A DNA stretch of 63,479 bases, filler included, from Stramenopiles sp. TOSAG23-2 (lineage: Eukaryota): assembly GCA_900128395.1 (NCBI GenBank). It is 15 parts of 15 records of this genome, joined end to end, with 100 filler letters (N's around TTAATTAATTAA, not from the genome) between each part and the next. Parts side by side here need not be neighbours in the genome. Positions count along the whole stretch, not along the records: positions 42,280 to 46,861 come from LT650860.1; positions 46,962 to 51,533 come from LT650861.1; positions 51,634 to 56,202 come from LT650862.1; 12 more parts are not named here. One strand, given 5' to 3'. Made by a program: the position numbers and the translations under genes. Positions 43,890 through 55,180 of this stretch are shown in pieces. The stretch's first letter is position 1; every line of letters begins with the position of its first letter. The notes below the pieces were generated by a model. It was given only the letters and a program-made list of their open reading frames with translations, searched no databases and had not been told where the DNA came from.

Positions 43890-45042
43890 TGTTTCTTTTT
43901 TTTTTTTTAAATTTTCTTTAAAAATATAATATATATGTATTTATACTGAACAAAATAGAATTTCTATAACTATACGTATATGTTGTTTTCTTTTATTACT
44001 TATTTGAAAAGATAGTAATTATTTACCAACAAAACAATATATGTATCTCTTATAGCTTATATATCTTGGGCTTGCAAGTGGATATATATATATATATATT
44101 AATCTATATATATCCTCTCCTGTGTCTGGCTTATAAATGTATAATATTAAAAAAAATTAAAATGTGTTCAAATTTTAATTTATTAAATTGTGTAAAAAAA
44201 AAAAAAAATTAGTAATCTTTCTTTTTTAAATCACAAAAATATAAAACAAAAATATAACAATATATACCGTGTGTACAATATATATATATACACACACAAG
44301 ATGAATTATATGATGACTACTATCTATGTTTTATATTTCTATATCAATAGTTCTTCTTAACGTTGATAAACTGCGTCTACGTCCACCCTAGTGCCTTGTG
44401 CCATAAAACCACATCATGGGCCATTGTCCCATATTTACCTGCTAAACATTTAACATAAGAATAGCATTACAATAGAGTTGTAGAGTAGGGTTCAATTTTA
44501 TCCAAAACAATGTTCCGAAATGTATCCAAATACTTTAAAGAATTTGATCTATATTTGATTCATGGTATAAGAAAGTATTAATAAGATAATATAATAAAAT
44601 AATATAATTGTCTACTAATCTACTATAAACTATAATCTATAAGATTCCTATTTTATTTGATAGAAGTATTATAGTATACAAATATATAAAGTATTTCAGA
44701 AATTTTTCTTTGTGTAAGTTTATGGAATAATTCGTTCGTTTCCGCTTGATTTCGTCCGCCGCTTGTTGTTTTTCCATTAACATATACATAGCATTGAGTA
44801 TATGGTTTTTGTGATATTTGATAGTGATATCACTGTTAGAATACTATTATTGTACTTAAATGAAGTTTGAGTTAAAATAATAAAAAACATAGAAAATAAT
44901 TGTATTTTTCAAATATAAAAGTCTTCTTCATCATTTGTGTGTGTTCCCGTGTAGCTTAGTGTACAAAATCAAGTATAATAATAATAATAGTAGTAATATC
45001 ATCATCATCATCCTCTATATTATATAATAGTCATCATCTATC

Positions 45043-45918
45043 ATGTCGGAAACTATTGCTAGGTTTGGAATTGCTGGTGTAGCTGGTTGTGGTGCGTCAT
45101 GTTGCGTACACCCATTAGACGTTGTTAGAATTAATTTACAAATTGATCAAGCTGGTGCACGAGTATATAAAGGTACTTTTGATTGTTTATCGCAAATTTT
45201 TAAAAAGGAAGGGGTATCAGGGTTGTATGCTGGTCTATCTGCTGGAATGTTGCGTCAAATAACATATGGTATGCCACGTATGGCATTTGTTCCGATTTTA
45301 TATGATCAAGTGCGTGATCCAAGTGAAGTTACTTTACCATTATATAAAAAATTATTTTGTGGTGCAGTTGCGGGTGGTACAGCATCGGTTATTGGTGTAC
45401 CTAGCGAAGTATCTTTAGTACGAATGTCTGGGGATCAAAAATTAGCAATAACAGATCCAAATCGTAGGAATTATACTTCTGTTTTCAATGCGTTGCGTAG
45501 GATTGCTGCAGAGGAAGGTGTTAGTAGTTTATGGAAAGGTGCAACGCCAACCGTTGCACGTGCTATTTTATTAAATATGGGACAAATGCCAGTTGCTTCA
45601 CAAGCAAAAGAAGTTATTTCTGCAAAGACTGGAATGTCTGGTATTCCATTGAAATTTTCATCTGCAATGGTTGCATCCGTTTTTGCTGTTGGTTTTAGCT
45701 GTCCTGCCGATGTAATTAAAAGTCGTATGCAAAACATGCAACCTGGTGAATACAATGGTCCTATTGATTGTGCGAAAAGATTAATACAAAATGAAGGTGC
45801 ATTAGCATTATATAAAGGATATACACCAGCATTTATTAAATTGGCACCACATACAGTCATATCGTTTATAATATTGGATACACTTAGTCAAATGATTTTA
45901 GGGAAAGATATATTATAA
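45043..45918 (+). CDS. Mitochondrial 2-oxoglutarate/malate (dicarboxylate) carrier-like
   Basis: HPLDVVR, GLSAGMLRQITYG, PSEVSLVRM, RRNYTSVFNAL, GATPTVARAILLN, PADVIKSR, KLAPHTVI. Confidence 0.9.
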   Translation: MSETIARFGIAGVAGCGASCCVHPLDVVRINLQIDQAGARVYKGTFDCLSQIFKKEGVSGLYAGLSAGMLRQITYGMPRMAFVPILYDQVRDPSEVTLPLYKKLFCGAVAGGTASVIGVPSEVSLVRMSGDQKLAITDPNRRNYTSVFNALRRIAAEEGVSSLWKGATPTVARAILLNMGQMPVASQAKEVISAKTGMSGIPLKFSSAMVASVFAVGFSCPADVIKSRMQNMQPGEYNGPIDCAKRLIQNEGALALYKGYTPAFIKLAPHTVISFIILDTLSQMILGKDIL

Positions 45919-46451
45919 ATCATTTTTGTGAAATATGTGTGTACATACGTGGGGTATATAGTTGTTGTTGTTTTTTTTGGTGTTACAATTAATTTTAAAA
46001 AAAAATGTAAAAACATATTTTGATATATATATTTATAAATTAATATATAATCATATGATATCATATTCCCGGGAGTAAAAGAAATTTATAAATATCATAT
46101 ATATATGAGTAAGAGAATTAGGAGTAAAGAGAACATGTTTATACATGATGAGGTATAAAGTGAGAATAAATAATACGGTCGTAATATTTTTCCATTAAAT
46201 ATATTTTTTCCATTTAGATTCAGAAAAATATTTTTTTGATTATGATGATGCATCATTATTTTTCGTTTTTTTAATTTTAATTTTAATTCTCCTTTTTTTT
46301 TTTAGTAAGCCAGGTAAAGGTGTGTTTTTTTTAGTTTTTAATTAATATATTTTGTTTTTTTTGTTTTTTGGCCTGTACTCTCTCCACCAGACACTGGACA
46401 CACTCTCACTTCTCACTTCTCACTCCAATCTTACAGCACCTCCCCTGCTTT

Positions 46452-46861
46452 TTAACTCGTACAATCTCCGCCATCATATTGGCATTGTTCTGAATCGCAG
46501 GCAATGTCACAATATTTATTTTTTGATACATGTCGACTCCAGCACTGTTGACTACATAATGGATCGCAATCCAATCGTGTATCAGTTTTACAGACATCAT
46601 TTCCAGCAAAGTATGATTCAATATTATTTTTTTTAATTAACTCAATCAATTCATCATCGACAGTTTGGATATCATTGTCTCTTACATCTAGGTACTTCAA
46701 ATGCTTAAACTCAGACATGTATGATGGAATGGATGTTAAATTACATCGCGAGATTCCTAACCAAACAAGGTTATCTTTCAATGATTTGTCTGGTAATTGC
46801 AGCAAATAGTTGCCATTCAAAAATAAAAATTTCAAATTTGGGAAAAATTCTTTGCTAATAT
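46452..46861 (-). CDS. 5'-partial LRR protein ending in an LNR/Notch-like repeat
   Basis: LxxLxLxxNxL repeats (LKFLFLNGNYL, LKYLDVRDNDI), then CSQQCW...CDIACDSEQCQYDGGDC. Confidence 0.75.
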
Positions 46862-46970
46862 NNNNNNNNNNNNNNNNNNNNNNNNNNNNNNNNNNNNNNN
46901 NNNNNTTAATTAATTAANNNNNNNNNNNNNNNNNNNNNNNNNNNNNNNNNNNNNNNNNNNNTATAGGATT

Positions 46971-48142
46971 TTACCTATCTTTTTTATTATTCTTTTTACC
47001 ACCTCCACCTTCATCATTCTCATCCGTGCCTTCCTTTGATAAATCTTTGCCAACATTGCTTAATGCAACTTTGGTAAACGTTTCAACTTCTTTTACAATA
47101 ATTTCCTCAGTTGAAGTTACTAATTGTTCTTTATAATATGGCATTCGTTGTTGCAAGATTGATAACCCATCCCACCAAAGCAATAATTGAATTAGCTCTC
47201 CTAAAGCATGATTAATTGCTGGTAATCTGCCATCTAATTGTCTATAGGAGACAATCCATTCTGCAGCTGCAGTTAAACCCAATAGCACCGGCACCCACTG
47301 ATGTAGCTCTATCGCAACAAAAAATGACCCAAGACTCGTTACAAGAATAATAAACAATTGCCACTGTTTCAGTTGTCGATCGAAAGGTGGTAACACATTT
47401 TGATATTCTTGAATCTTTTCTTTCAAGCGAAGGTCTACATATTCATTGCTTCGTATAAAGCGGAGAAAAACGTCATGGCACATGCAATAGCAATTTGTGA
47501 TACCATGTTTATAACAGCAAAATACTACAGCAACTTGTCTGTTTTCTTACAATGTGTTATTCGGATATTGTTGCTGTGTACAATTGCATTTAGTGTTGTT
47601 GCAACAATCTACCCAAAAATACCGTATGTGTTTTACATAAATATTTTATTACCAATAACTGCATCTATGGTAATAACGCTGGACGGAACCTACCGACCTT
47701 CTTATCAGAAATCCATGTACTTGCAGTTTTGAAAAGTCCGAGAGCTTCGACTACTTCAGCCTCTTTTTTGCGTAATTCTTCCTCCGCAAGTTTTTTAGCT
47801 TCTTCTTCAGCCAGGTCAGCAAGTTTTTTAGGTTTTTTATTGCGTAATTCTTCCTCAGCAATCCATTTACGCAATTCTGGCGTCACTACTGTCTCGTTTG
47901 TAACATATTTTCTACCTATTTGTTCCATTTCTACAAGTCTTGTGGCTTTCGTACCTGCATTTGGTCTAGATGATCTTCTTGTTATTAATGTAGATTCTAC
48001 TTCAATATTATTTCCTTTCGTTTCCTTCACCTCTGCAAACATGTTATCTTTTCCAGATGATTTGTCACGTAATTCATTCAACGACTTCAATTGGTGATTG
48101 TGGTGGTAAGGAAAAATCACCAGAGGAATCCGAATCGTACAT
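46971..48142 (-). pseudogene. Rearranged SLATT (2TM effector)-domain gene: C-terminal SLATT on the minus strand, second SLATT-like segment inverted on the plus strand (~47460-47732)
   Basis: Minus strand: EYVDLRL...QLFIILVTSLGSFF...WVPVL...LLLWWDGLS...LVTSTEEII. Plus strand: AKYYSNLSVFLQ...INILLPITASMVITLDGTYRP. The N-terminal part is frameshifted near 48090. Confidence 0.55.
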
Positions 48143-48623
48143 GGTTGGTGATCGTGTGTGTATATGTATATATATGTGTGTATGTATAGATAGATAGATA
48201 GATGGATGGATATCTTTGATTGTTTCTATCTGACAAAAGTAGTATTTTATGGGAGTGTAAATATATAAAAATACAATTTTGATTAAAAATCTGCTATCCC
48301 ATGGGCATGCCCAGCATGCAACCAAAACTGAATAATTAATTGTGCAACATGTCATTTCTCCCTGTTATTATGCTAGTCGATTTAAGGTGAAATTGCGGAT
48401 GCGGATATCCGTTTAGCCAACCCTATAAAGAAGAAATTAATGTGTGGTGGACCAAATCAATTACAAAATGATATGATCACAATATTATATGAAAGATGGT
48501 ACACATCATTTTGTTTATAAACATTTTGATATATATTAAAACAAATACATATCTATTGCATAAAACAAGTGTGAAACGAGTGGATATATTATATACATAC
48601 ATATCACGCATCGTATATCAAAA

Positions 48624-49348
48624 ATGAAAAAATTTGTAATAAAACGTACGCCGCCGAAAAATAAATTAAGACCAATCTATGAAGATAATGATGATTCCTC
48701 AAGTGATGAAGAAGCTGCAGCAGCAGCAGCAGCTGATAATGCATTAAGTGGATTGTTAAAAAAGAAAAAGAAGAAAATAAATAGTAGATTTAAATCAAGT
48801 TTAAGAAAAGTGAAAAAAAATGCAGCGTGGATTAAACCACCAGATCCTCCCGTCCTTTGGAATTATATTGATCCATCAGATATACGGAAATGGCAACATT
48901 TGATATTTTAAAACGAAAATGGGTAAAGTCAACGGCATCTAGAAAACCACCAAAATCTAGATCAAAACATGTTGTTGCACTTGATCAACGAACGTGTACA
49001 TTTTTTTTATGGGGTGACATAGAAGAAATGCCTGGAGTTGATATAGGTCGTTTTCCGCACGAATCGAAAGGTGCTGAACTTGATCGTGACAATAAAGAAA
49101 TATTAAAAAATGAAGAAAAAGTTATGAAAGTGTTAGGTCCAACAGCTGAATGTTTACCACATGTTAGTTCACCATTAAATGGGATGGTCAAATCAAGATT
49201 AAATTTATGGGGATTTCAACGAAAAAGCATGATAGACGAATTGGAAGTATTACAAGCGTCATTTCCATCACCTAAATATTCAACCGTGAAATTTCGTTTA
49301 GGTCGTTGTGATAAAATTAGAAAAAAAGTACATCATGCCATATTTTAA
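48624..49348 (+). CDS. Hypothetical protein split by a probable 1-nt indel at ~48888
   Basis: Two overlapping ORFs; adding one A to CGGAAATGGCA gives a continuous ...DIRKMATFDILKRKW... Confidence 0.5.
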
Positions 49349-49638
49349 AATATAAAAATAATTTGCAAATGCATCATCTGCAGATCTCTTGTTATAATTT
49401 TTTTCGTTTTAATATATATTATATATAATATATGATCTTGGTTAAAAATCTTTATTTACACATCATATTATATTTTTACATCTAGCCTAAAATATTTAAA
49501 AAAAATGTATGCCCTTTTTAAAAAATATATGCATACGTATTGAATACCGGGTACTGTACACATATAATATACGCTCGTATATATATATGTATATGAGTAA
49601 GAGAAAAACACATATATTACATATATATATACTCACAC

Positions 49639-51165
49639 TTACATCAAATTTAAATTTTGCATATCAGTCATATTCAATACACCTTTTTTAGCAATTGATG
49701 CTTTTGCCATTGGTTTTCCCATCATTTCATACATGGTTCTTCTCTGGCCTTTTAATTTTAACATTTTCATGATAGTAGCACTATTTTTCGCACTGTTCAT
49801 TTCACAGTAACAATGAAAAAAAGCAGCAAATTGATTGGCAAATCCTTCCATACTACTCCCTGGATCGTATTTACTATTATTATTCAATAATAACATTAAT
49901 TCCCCAAGTTTTGGTACTGATTGTTTCCAGAATTTGTCTGTAATTGCGGAACCAAGTTCATTGTTTGGCATCAACATTGAGAAGAAACGAAAATGATCAC
50001 GTGCAATATTATTCAATGTTCCACGAAAACAGTTTGGAACTTTTTTCGAGATAGAACGCTTAACTGCAACTATTACTGCATCAATACATGTATTCCACGC
50101 ATTTTCTGTATTGATGAGAAATTGATTACATCGATATGCATTAACCGTGTTGAATTTACCTGTATTTCCCTTTGTCCGGCCATTCAATAATGTGTTGTAA
50201 ATCCATTGGGCTGGTGATGTCATCCATTTTTGATTGAATTTTTTAGTAGCATTGTTTGAAACTTCAAATGATTGAATCCAATTTCGTAGCGCTGGTAATA
50301 ACCCAACCGCAACAGCTGCATCCCATTCAACATCTGTTTGAAAATAATCTTCAATAGCTGAAGTTCGATAATGAGAATCATTTTCATCTGGATGAGAATT
50401 GTAATATTCCATTTTATCAATGATTACCTTCATTTCTTTTTGTAATTTCTCATCTGTCGCACCTTTTGTAAGTGTTCGCTCTACTTTTTTGTCTGCCTTA
50501 TCTGCTTTCTTTAATGTCTTTTTCTTTTCTTTTTGTACTTTTTTAATTTTTTTCCTCTCTTTTTGTAATTGTTTACAAATTTTTTTATGACCACCTTCTT
50601 TCCAATCGATAATTTGACATTCTCTTTTGCAATAAAAAGCCGCGTTACAACCTGCACAGCGAAGTTTGCAATATCTAGCTTGACACGTTCCACATAGTTT
50701 CAAACTTTTTTCCAATTGTTCTCTTGTTCTATATGTCATAGGATCAAATGTTTTAAAAATGTTTGTGGTTAAACTATCATTTTCTTCGTGGACAAGCCCA
50801 ATATTTAATAATGTACTAGCAATAGCCGATTTCGCATCTACCTTTGTTTCAAAAGTACCTACGTAAACTGCAGTTTTCATAGAATCATCAACCTTCCCAT
50901 TTTTTACATCTGGTATAAATAATGTTGCATTCCAATGCTTGGCATCAGGTCCAGATACAATTTCTACTGGTTGTTTTATTGACGTTGAACCATACCATTC
51001 TTCATCACATTCATTACTTTTATTTGTTATTATTTTTTGTGTTATTTGAACACCTAAAAAATTGTTGTCTTGTAAAAATTTTAAACCTTTGACATTCTTG
51101 ATTAATTGATCGTATTTCACGTCATTTAATATTTCTTGCGCATCCTCTGCACGTAATGATGCCAT
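49639..51165 (-). CDS. MYND zinc-finger protein with an AP2-like N-terminal segment
   Basis: MYND: CGTC...LRCAGCNAAFYCKRECQIIDWKEGGHKKIC. Upstream: FLGV...WNATL...VYVGTFETKVDAKSA. Confidence 0.75.
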   Translation of the reverse strand: MASLRAEDAQEILNDVKYDQLIKNVKGLKFLQDNNFLGVQITQKIITNKSNECDEEWYGSTSIKQPVEIVSGPDAKHWNATLFIPDVKNGKVDDSMKTAVYVGTFETKVDAKSAIASTLLNIGLVHEENDSLTTNIFKTFDPMTYRTREQLEKSLKLCGTCQARYCKLRCAGCNAAFYCKRECQIIDWKEGGHKKICKQLQKERKKIKKVQKEKKKTLKKADKADKKVERTLTKGATDEKLQKEMKVIIDKMEYYNSHPDENDSHYRTSAIEDYFQTDVEWDAAVAVGLLPALRNWIQSFEVSNNATKKFNQKWMTSPAQWIYNTLLNGRTKGNTGKFNTVNAYRCNQFLINTENAWNTCIDAVIVAVKRSISKKVPNCFRGTLNNIARDHFRFFSMLMPNNELGSAITDKFWKQSVPKLGELMLLLNNNSKYDPGSSMEGFANQFAAFFHCYCEMNSAKNSATIMKMLKLKGQRRTMYEMMGKPMAKASIAKKGVLNMTDMQNLNLM

Positions 51166-51633
51166 TTTCTGTTGCTTCTGTACGTAAGTATGTATATATA
51201 TACTATGTTTTTACATTATAGTATCTCTTTTTGTGTTTTGGGTAATTTTATTTTCATTCGAATTTAAATTCATAATTGCACGAACAATAACTACGTAGTA
51301 CTAATATTGTACAGTATACAATAACTATACTTGTATTATACCTGTACTAAACTGGTGGAAATTTTATACGAGCTCGTATAGAAGACGACTTTTTTTGTAT
51401 TTGGCACCTCCTTTTTTTTATTTCTTGGTTGTTTCGCGTTTTATTATTGGTCTTTAGCATCAAGATAACATTGAGTGTAAAAATTCCCTTGTCTATCAAA
51501 TACATCAAACACTACAAATCTGCTATACTTATANNNNNNNNNNNNNNNNNNNNNNNNNNNNNNNNNNNNNNNNNNNNTTAATTAATTAANNNNNNNNNNN
51601 NNNNNNNNNNNNNNNNNNNNNNNNNNNNNNNNN

Positions 51634-52029
51634 ATCAAATTATGGGATGTTAAAACAGGTACATGTATATCAACTCTTAAAGGGCATTCGGATTATGTCA
51701 TTGCAGTTGCATTCAATCATGATGGAACAATGATTGTGTCTGGTTCGCATGATAAAACAATCAAATTATGGGATGTTAAAACAGGTACATGTATATTCAC
51801 TGGAGCACAATTGGAAGAAACACATCGTAAATCTTTTAAGAAGGAAGATATCATGAATGGAATACAGTTTTTTGATTTTGATAGTGAGACTCATACACAA
51901 ATTATAGGAATATCTGGGGAAGGTGATAATACAGATCCTGAGGTATATTTTAGGAGCAATGCCAATAATAAGTTAGCATTTGCGGTAGTGCCAGATGGGC
52001 CCAATCTTCATTTTCTACATTGTAGTTAA
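51634..52029 (+). CDS. C-terminal fragment of a WD40 protein with near-identical 42-aa repeats
   Basis: IKLWDVKTGTCISTLKGHSDYVIAVAFNHDGTMIVSGSHDKTIKLWDVKTGTCIF; frame open from the contig start; 126-bp DNA period. Confidence 0.85.
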   Translation: MKLWDVKTGTCISTLKGHSDYVIAVAFNHDGTMIVSGSHDKTIKLWDVKTGTCIFTGAQLEETHRKSFKKEDIMNGIQFFDFDSETHTQIIGISGEGDNTDPEVYFRSNANNKLAFAVVPDGPNLHFLHCS

Positions 52030-52610
52030 TATCCTCTGCAGGAGTAAGCCCCTTTAATTACTTAAAAAGGCAATACTTTTTTATGTTTTTAATTTGTAAA
52101 TAGGTTTTGAGCATAAAAAGGTATATGATAAATATGAAATGTCTAAAGCAGCATTTGAAAAAGCAAGAGAGAAGATGAATAATGATGAGTTGGAATTAAA
52201 ACATGTACAAAAAGCAAAAGATACTAATGCAAAACAAATTGAAATCTTGGCAGGTTTAATGCAACAATCCATTTCTGAAATGAATAATAATAATAACATT
52301 GTTTGTGGTAATAGTAGAAGTAATAATAGCAATGGGAAAAGAGATTTATCAAATATTGATATAATATACTTTTAAGGTCGTCTGCCTTATTTTATTCCAA
52401 TAAATAAAAATACAGAGACTCTCCTCCAATCCAAATTCCACTTAGCTAATTTTAATTTTCATAATCCTTTGATCCTTTAAGAAAAAAACCTACAGTGTAT
52501 ACCTGCTATCAAATATGTGTTTGTATACGAAATACTTGTACTTTTTGAGGATTACCTCTGGATATTGGATATGGCCCTAAAATTTAAAATTTTGATATAG
52601 CTTAAGCTAT

Positions 52611-52855
52611 GATTGTTAGTGCATTTCAAAATGGTGCTTAATTTAAGTACTGATTTAGTATACTAATTTATGTATATTTGATAGAGAGGTATTGGATATT
52701 ACAAAAAATCGGAAATTCTTAGTTTATTCATCAAAATAACTATTGGCTATTTTTGGATTTTTTGTAATATCCAATACCTCTCTATCAAATATACATAAAT
52801 TAGTATACTAAATCAGTACTTAAATTAAGCACCATTTTGAAATGCACTAACAATC
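52611..52855. repeat. Perfect 100-bp inverted repeat (52611-52710 / 52756-52855) with a 45-bp spacer
   Basis: The arms are exact reverse complements when read base by base; 52725-52771 recurs inverted at 56147-56193 with one mismatch. Confidence 0.92.
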
Positions 52856-53125
52856 CTTCTCATTTACAAGGACTGTACCAGGTACTACTACATCATTTCA
52901 AACATGCTTATAGCTATACACACATTTTAACTGCACACATGTGTGTGATTGGTGCATGCATTTTGCTGGATTGCGGGTTCCAGTAACATGCAACACATAT
53001 TCAAACACACATGTTTTGATCCGTATATATAATTTCACGAGGGGAAAAAAAAACCAGTAGTGACGATCATTTGAATTGTTCATTTCAATTAAATTAAATA
53101 CAAATCTACATATATTATATTTATA

Positions 53126-53494
53126 TGGACATACAATCCAGAACCAGCAACCACAACAGAATGGAAAATGCCAGCAGTAACGACTGCAGGTACAGCAATA
53201 CCAGCAATGACAACAACAAAGTGGACTTACAAACCTGAGCCAGCAACCACTACTAAATTTACAATGCCAACAGCAGCAGCAACAACAACAACAGATGCAC
53301 CAAATAATAATGGACAATGCCAAAGCCGCGAAGAATTGATCAATGAATGTAAAGAAAAGCGAGGACGCTGGGGATGGACATGCGAAGATCCAAATTTAAA
53401 ATCAGATGAAGGATTATGTTTAAATGTAAACCATGTTTTAAATCCTAATGGTGCATGTGTGGAGATATGTGACGATGTTGATGGTGGTAAATAA
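53126..53494 (+). CDS. Fragment of a Thr/Pro-rich (mucin-like) protein with a small Cys-rich C-terminal module
   Basis: WTYxPEPATTT occurs twice, followed by a six-Cys module; no clear start or signal peptide. Confidence 0.45.
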   Translation, partial: WTYNPEPATTTEWKMPAVTTAGTAIPAMTTTKWTYKPEPATTTKFTMPTAAATTTTDAPNNNGQCQSREELINECKEKRGRWGWTCEDPNLKSDEGLCLNVNHVLNPNGACVEICDDVDGGK

Positions 53495-53805
53495 ATGTGA
53501 CACATATATGGAGGAGTAATATATATATATATATTTTTTTTTCGAAAAAGTATCCTTATATATATATACCAGCTTTAGCTTATTATTTATATTTATTATG
53601 ATATTTATTAATATAATATTTTATTGGTTTTCAAACAAACTAATACTACTAGTACTGTGTGCTACTATTAATACCACATCATCACAATTATACCTCTATA
53701 GATAGGTACGTATTTATAATTAATGAGTGAAAGTTGAGAAAATGTAAAAAATGTATTGTAACCTTGCATTTATATTATTTATCAATATATATTTATGGCA
53801 GAAGC

Positions 53806-54804
53806 ATGAAAAACATTAACAACAACAGCAAGAAGAACGACAATGATACAAAATATACCATCTTGCAGCGTTCTATTTTTTTAATTATAAATGTATTATT
53901 AGCCATTGTAATGATTTTAGGAAACAAAGCCGTCTTCACAAATTTGAAATTTAAATATCCTATAGCGTTAACAACTATACATTATATTGTTACATGGATT
54001 GGTGTTGAAAGTTTACGACGATTAGAATTTTATAAACAAGTTCCGTATTCACGGATGCCATTGAATGATTTTGATATTGCAGCTTGCATTGCACTAGCAG
54101 TAGTTGGAGTTCCTTTAAATAATTTATCTTTGCGTTTAAATGGAGTTGGAACATATCAATTGTTAAAATTATTAGTGACACCAGGAATTTGTATATTAAA
54201 TTACATGATACTTAAAGAATTAATATCATTGAAACGAAGCTTAATTTTAGTCCTTGTATGCGTTGGTATTGCTATTGCAACAATGAGTGATTTGGAATTG
54301 CGTCTATATGGTTTAGTTGTTGCATTAATTTTTGTTCCAGTTGCAGCTATTTATAAAGTTCAATTCAAACGAGTTTTAATTAAATTTGATATGTTAAGCG
54401 TGTTACATCGAGTATATCCACCAAGTATAGTCATCATGATTGTTTTAAGCTTACTTTTTGATCCTCCTGGTTTAATAATGACATATGAATATACATTTTC
54501 AAAAGTGATTCAAATCATAATAAGTGGTGTATTAGCATGTGGTATTTCATTATCTAGTTTCCACATTGTATATATATTCAGCCCATTAACACATCAAATC
54601 TTGGGATTGTTGAAAGTTTCATTAACAATTTTAGGTGGATGGTTGATTTTCAGTAAAGAGATTACACAATATCAAATGTTAGGTAGTTTAATTGCAGTTG
54701 GTGGTATAAGTTGGTATACATATGAAACAATGTTAGAAAAAGGCATGTTACAGAATAATCAAGTTAGTTCATTAGCACCACAACGTAAGGATGAAAGGGT
54801 ATAA
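53806..54804 (+). CDS. Nucleotide-sugar/triose-phosphate transporter family (SLC35E3-like)
   Basis: NKAVF...FKYPIALTTIH, NLSLRLNGVGTYQLLKLLVTP, SPLTHQILGLLK; about 10 TM helices. Confidence 0.88.
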   Translation: MKNINNNSKKNDNDTKYTILQRSIFLIINVLLAIVMILGNKAVFTNLKFKYPIALTTIHYIVTWIGVESLRRLEFYKQVPYSRMPLNDFDIAACIALAVVGVPLNNLSLRLNGVGTYQLLKLLVTPGICILNYMILKELISLKRSLILVLVCVGIAIATMSDLELRLYGLVVALIFVPVAAIYKVQFKRVLIKFDMLSVLHRVYPPSIVIMIVLSLLFDPPGLIMTYEYTFSKVIQIIISGVLACGISLSSFHIVYIFSPLTHQILGLLKVSLTILGGWLIFSKEITQYQMLGSLIAVGGISWYTYETMLEKGMLQNNQVSSLAPQRKDERV

Positions 54805-55180
54805 AAAAAGAAAAAGAAAAAATGAAAAAAAATATTTTTTTTAATTTATGACAATATATTATGCGACGAAGAAAGAGAGTATATTTTACGAAAGCAAAAG
54901 ACTCTATGCATCATAATATTATGATATACGAATGATGTGAGTTTTTTGTATCACACATGATGAAGATAGAGAAGGTACAAAATTTCTTCCCACAAGAGTA
55001 AAATGTGAGAGTTGTGTGTGGAGGAAATTTGGTTGCGTGTATTAATACACACAGGGTAAAAAAAAATTCAACAAAGTAGATTTAGGTGCAATATTTCACA
55101 CGCACTTAATATCTTGGTACATTTTGGTTTAATTGCACGCACAAAAATTTTACATACACACGTCGTATTCATATTATATA

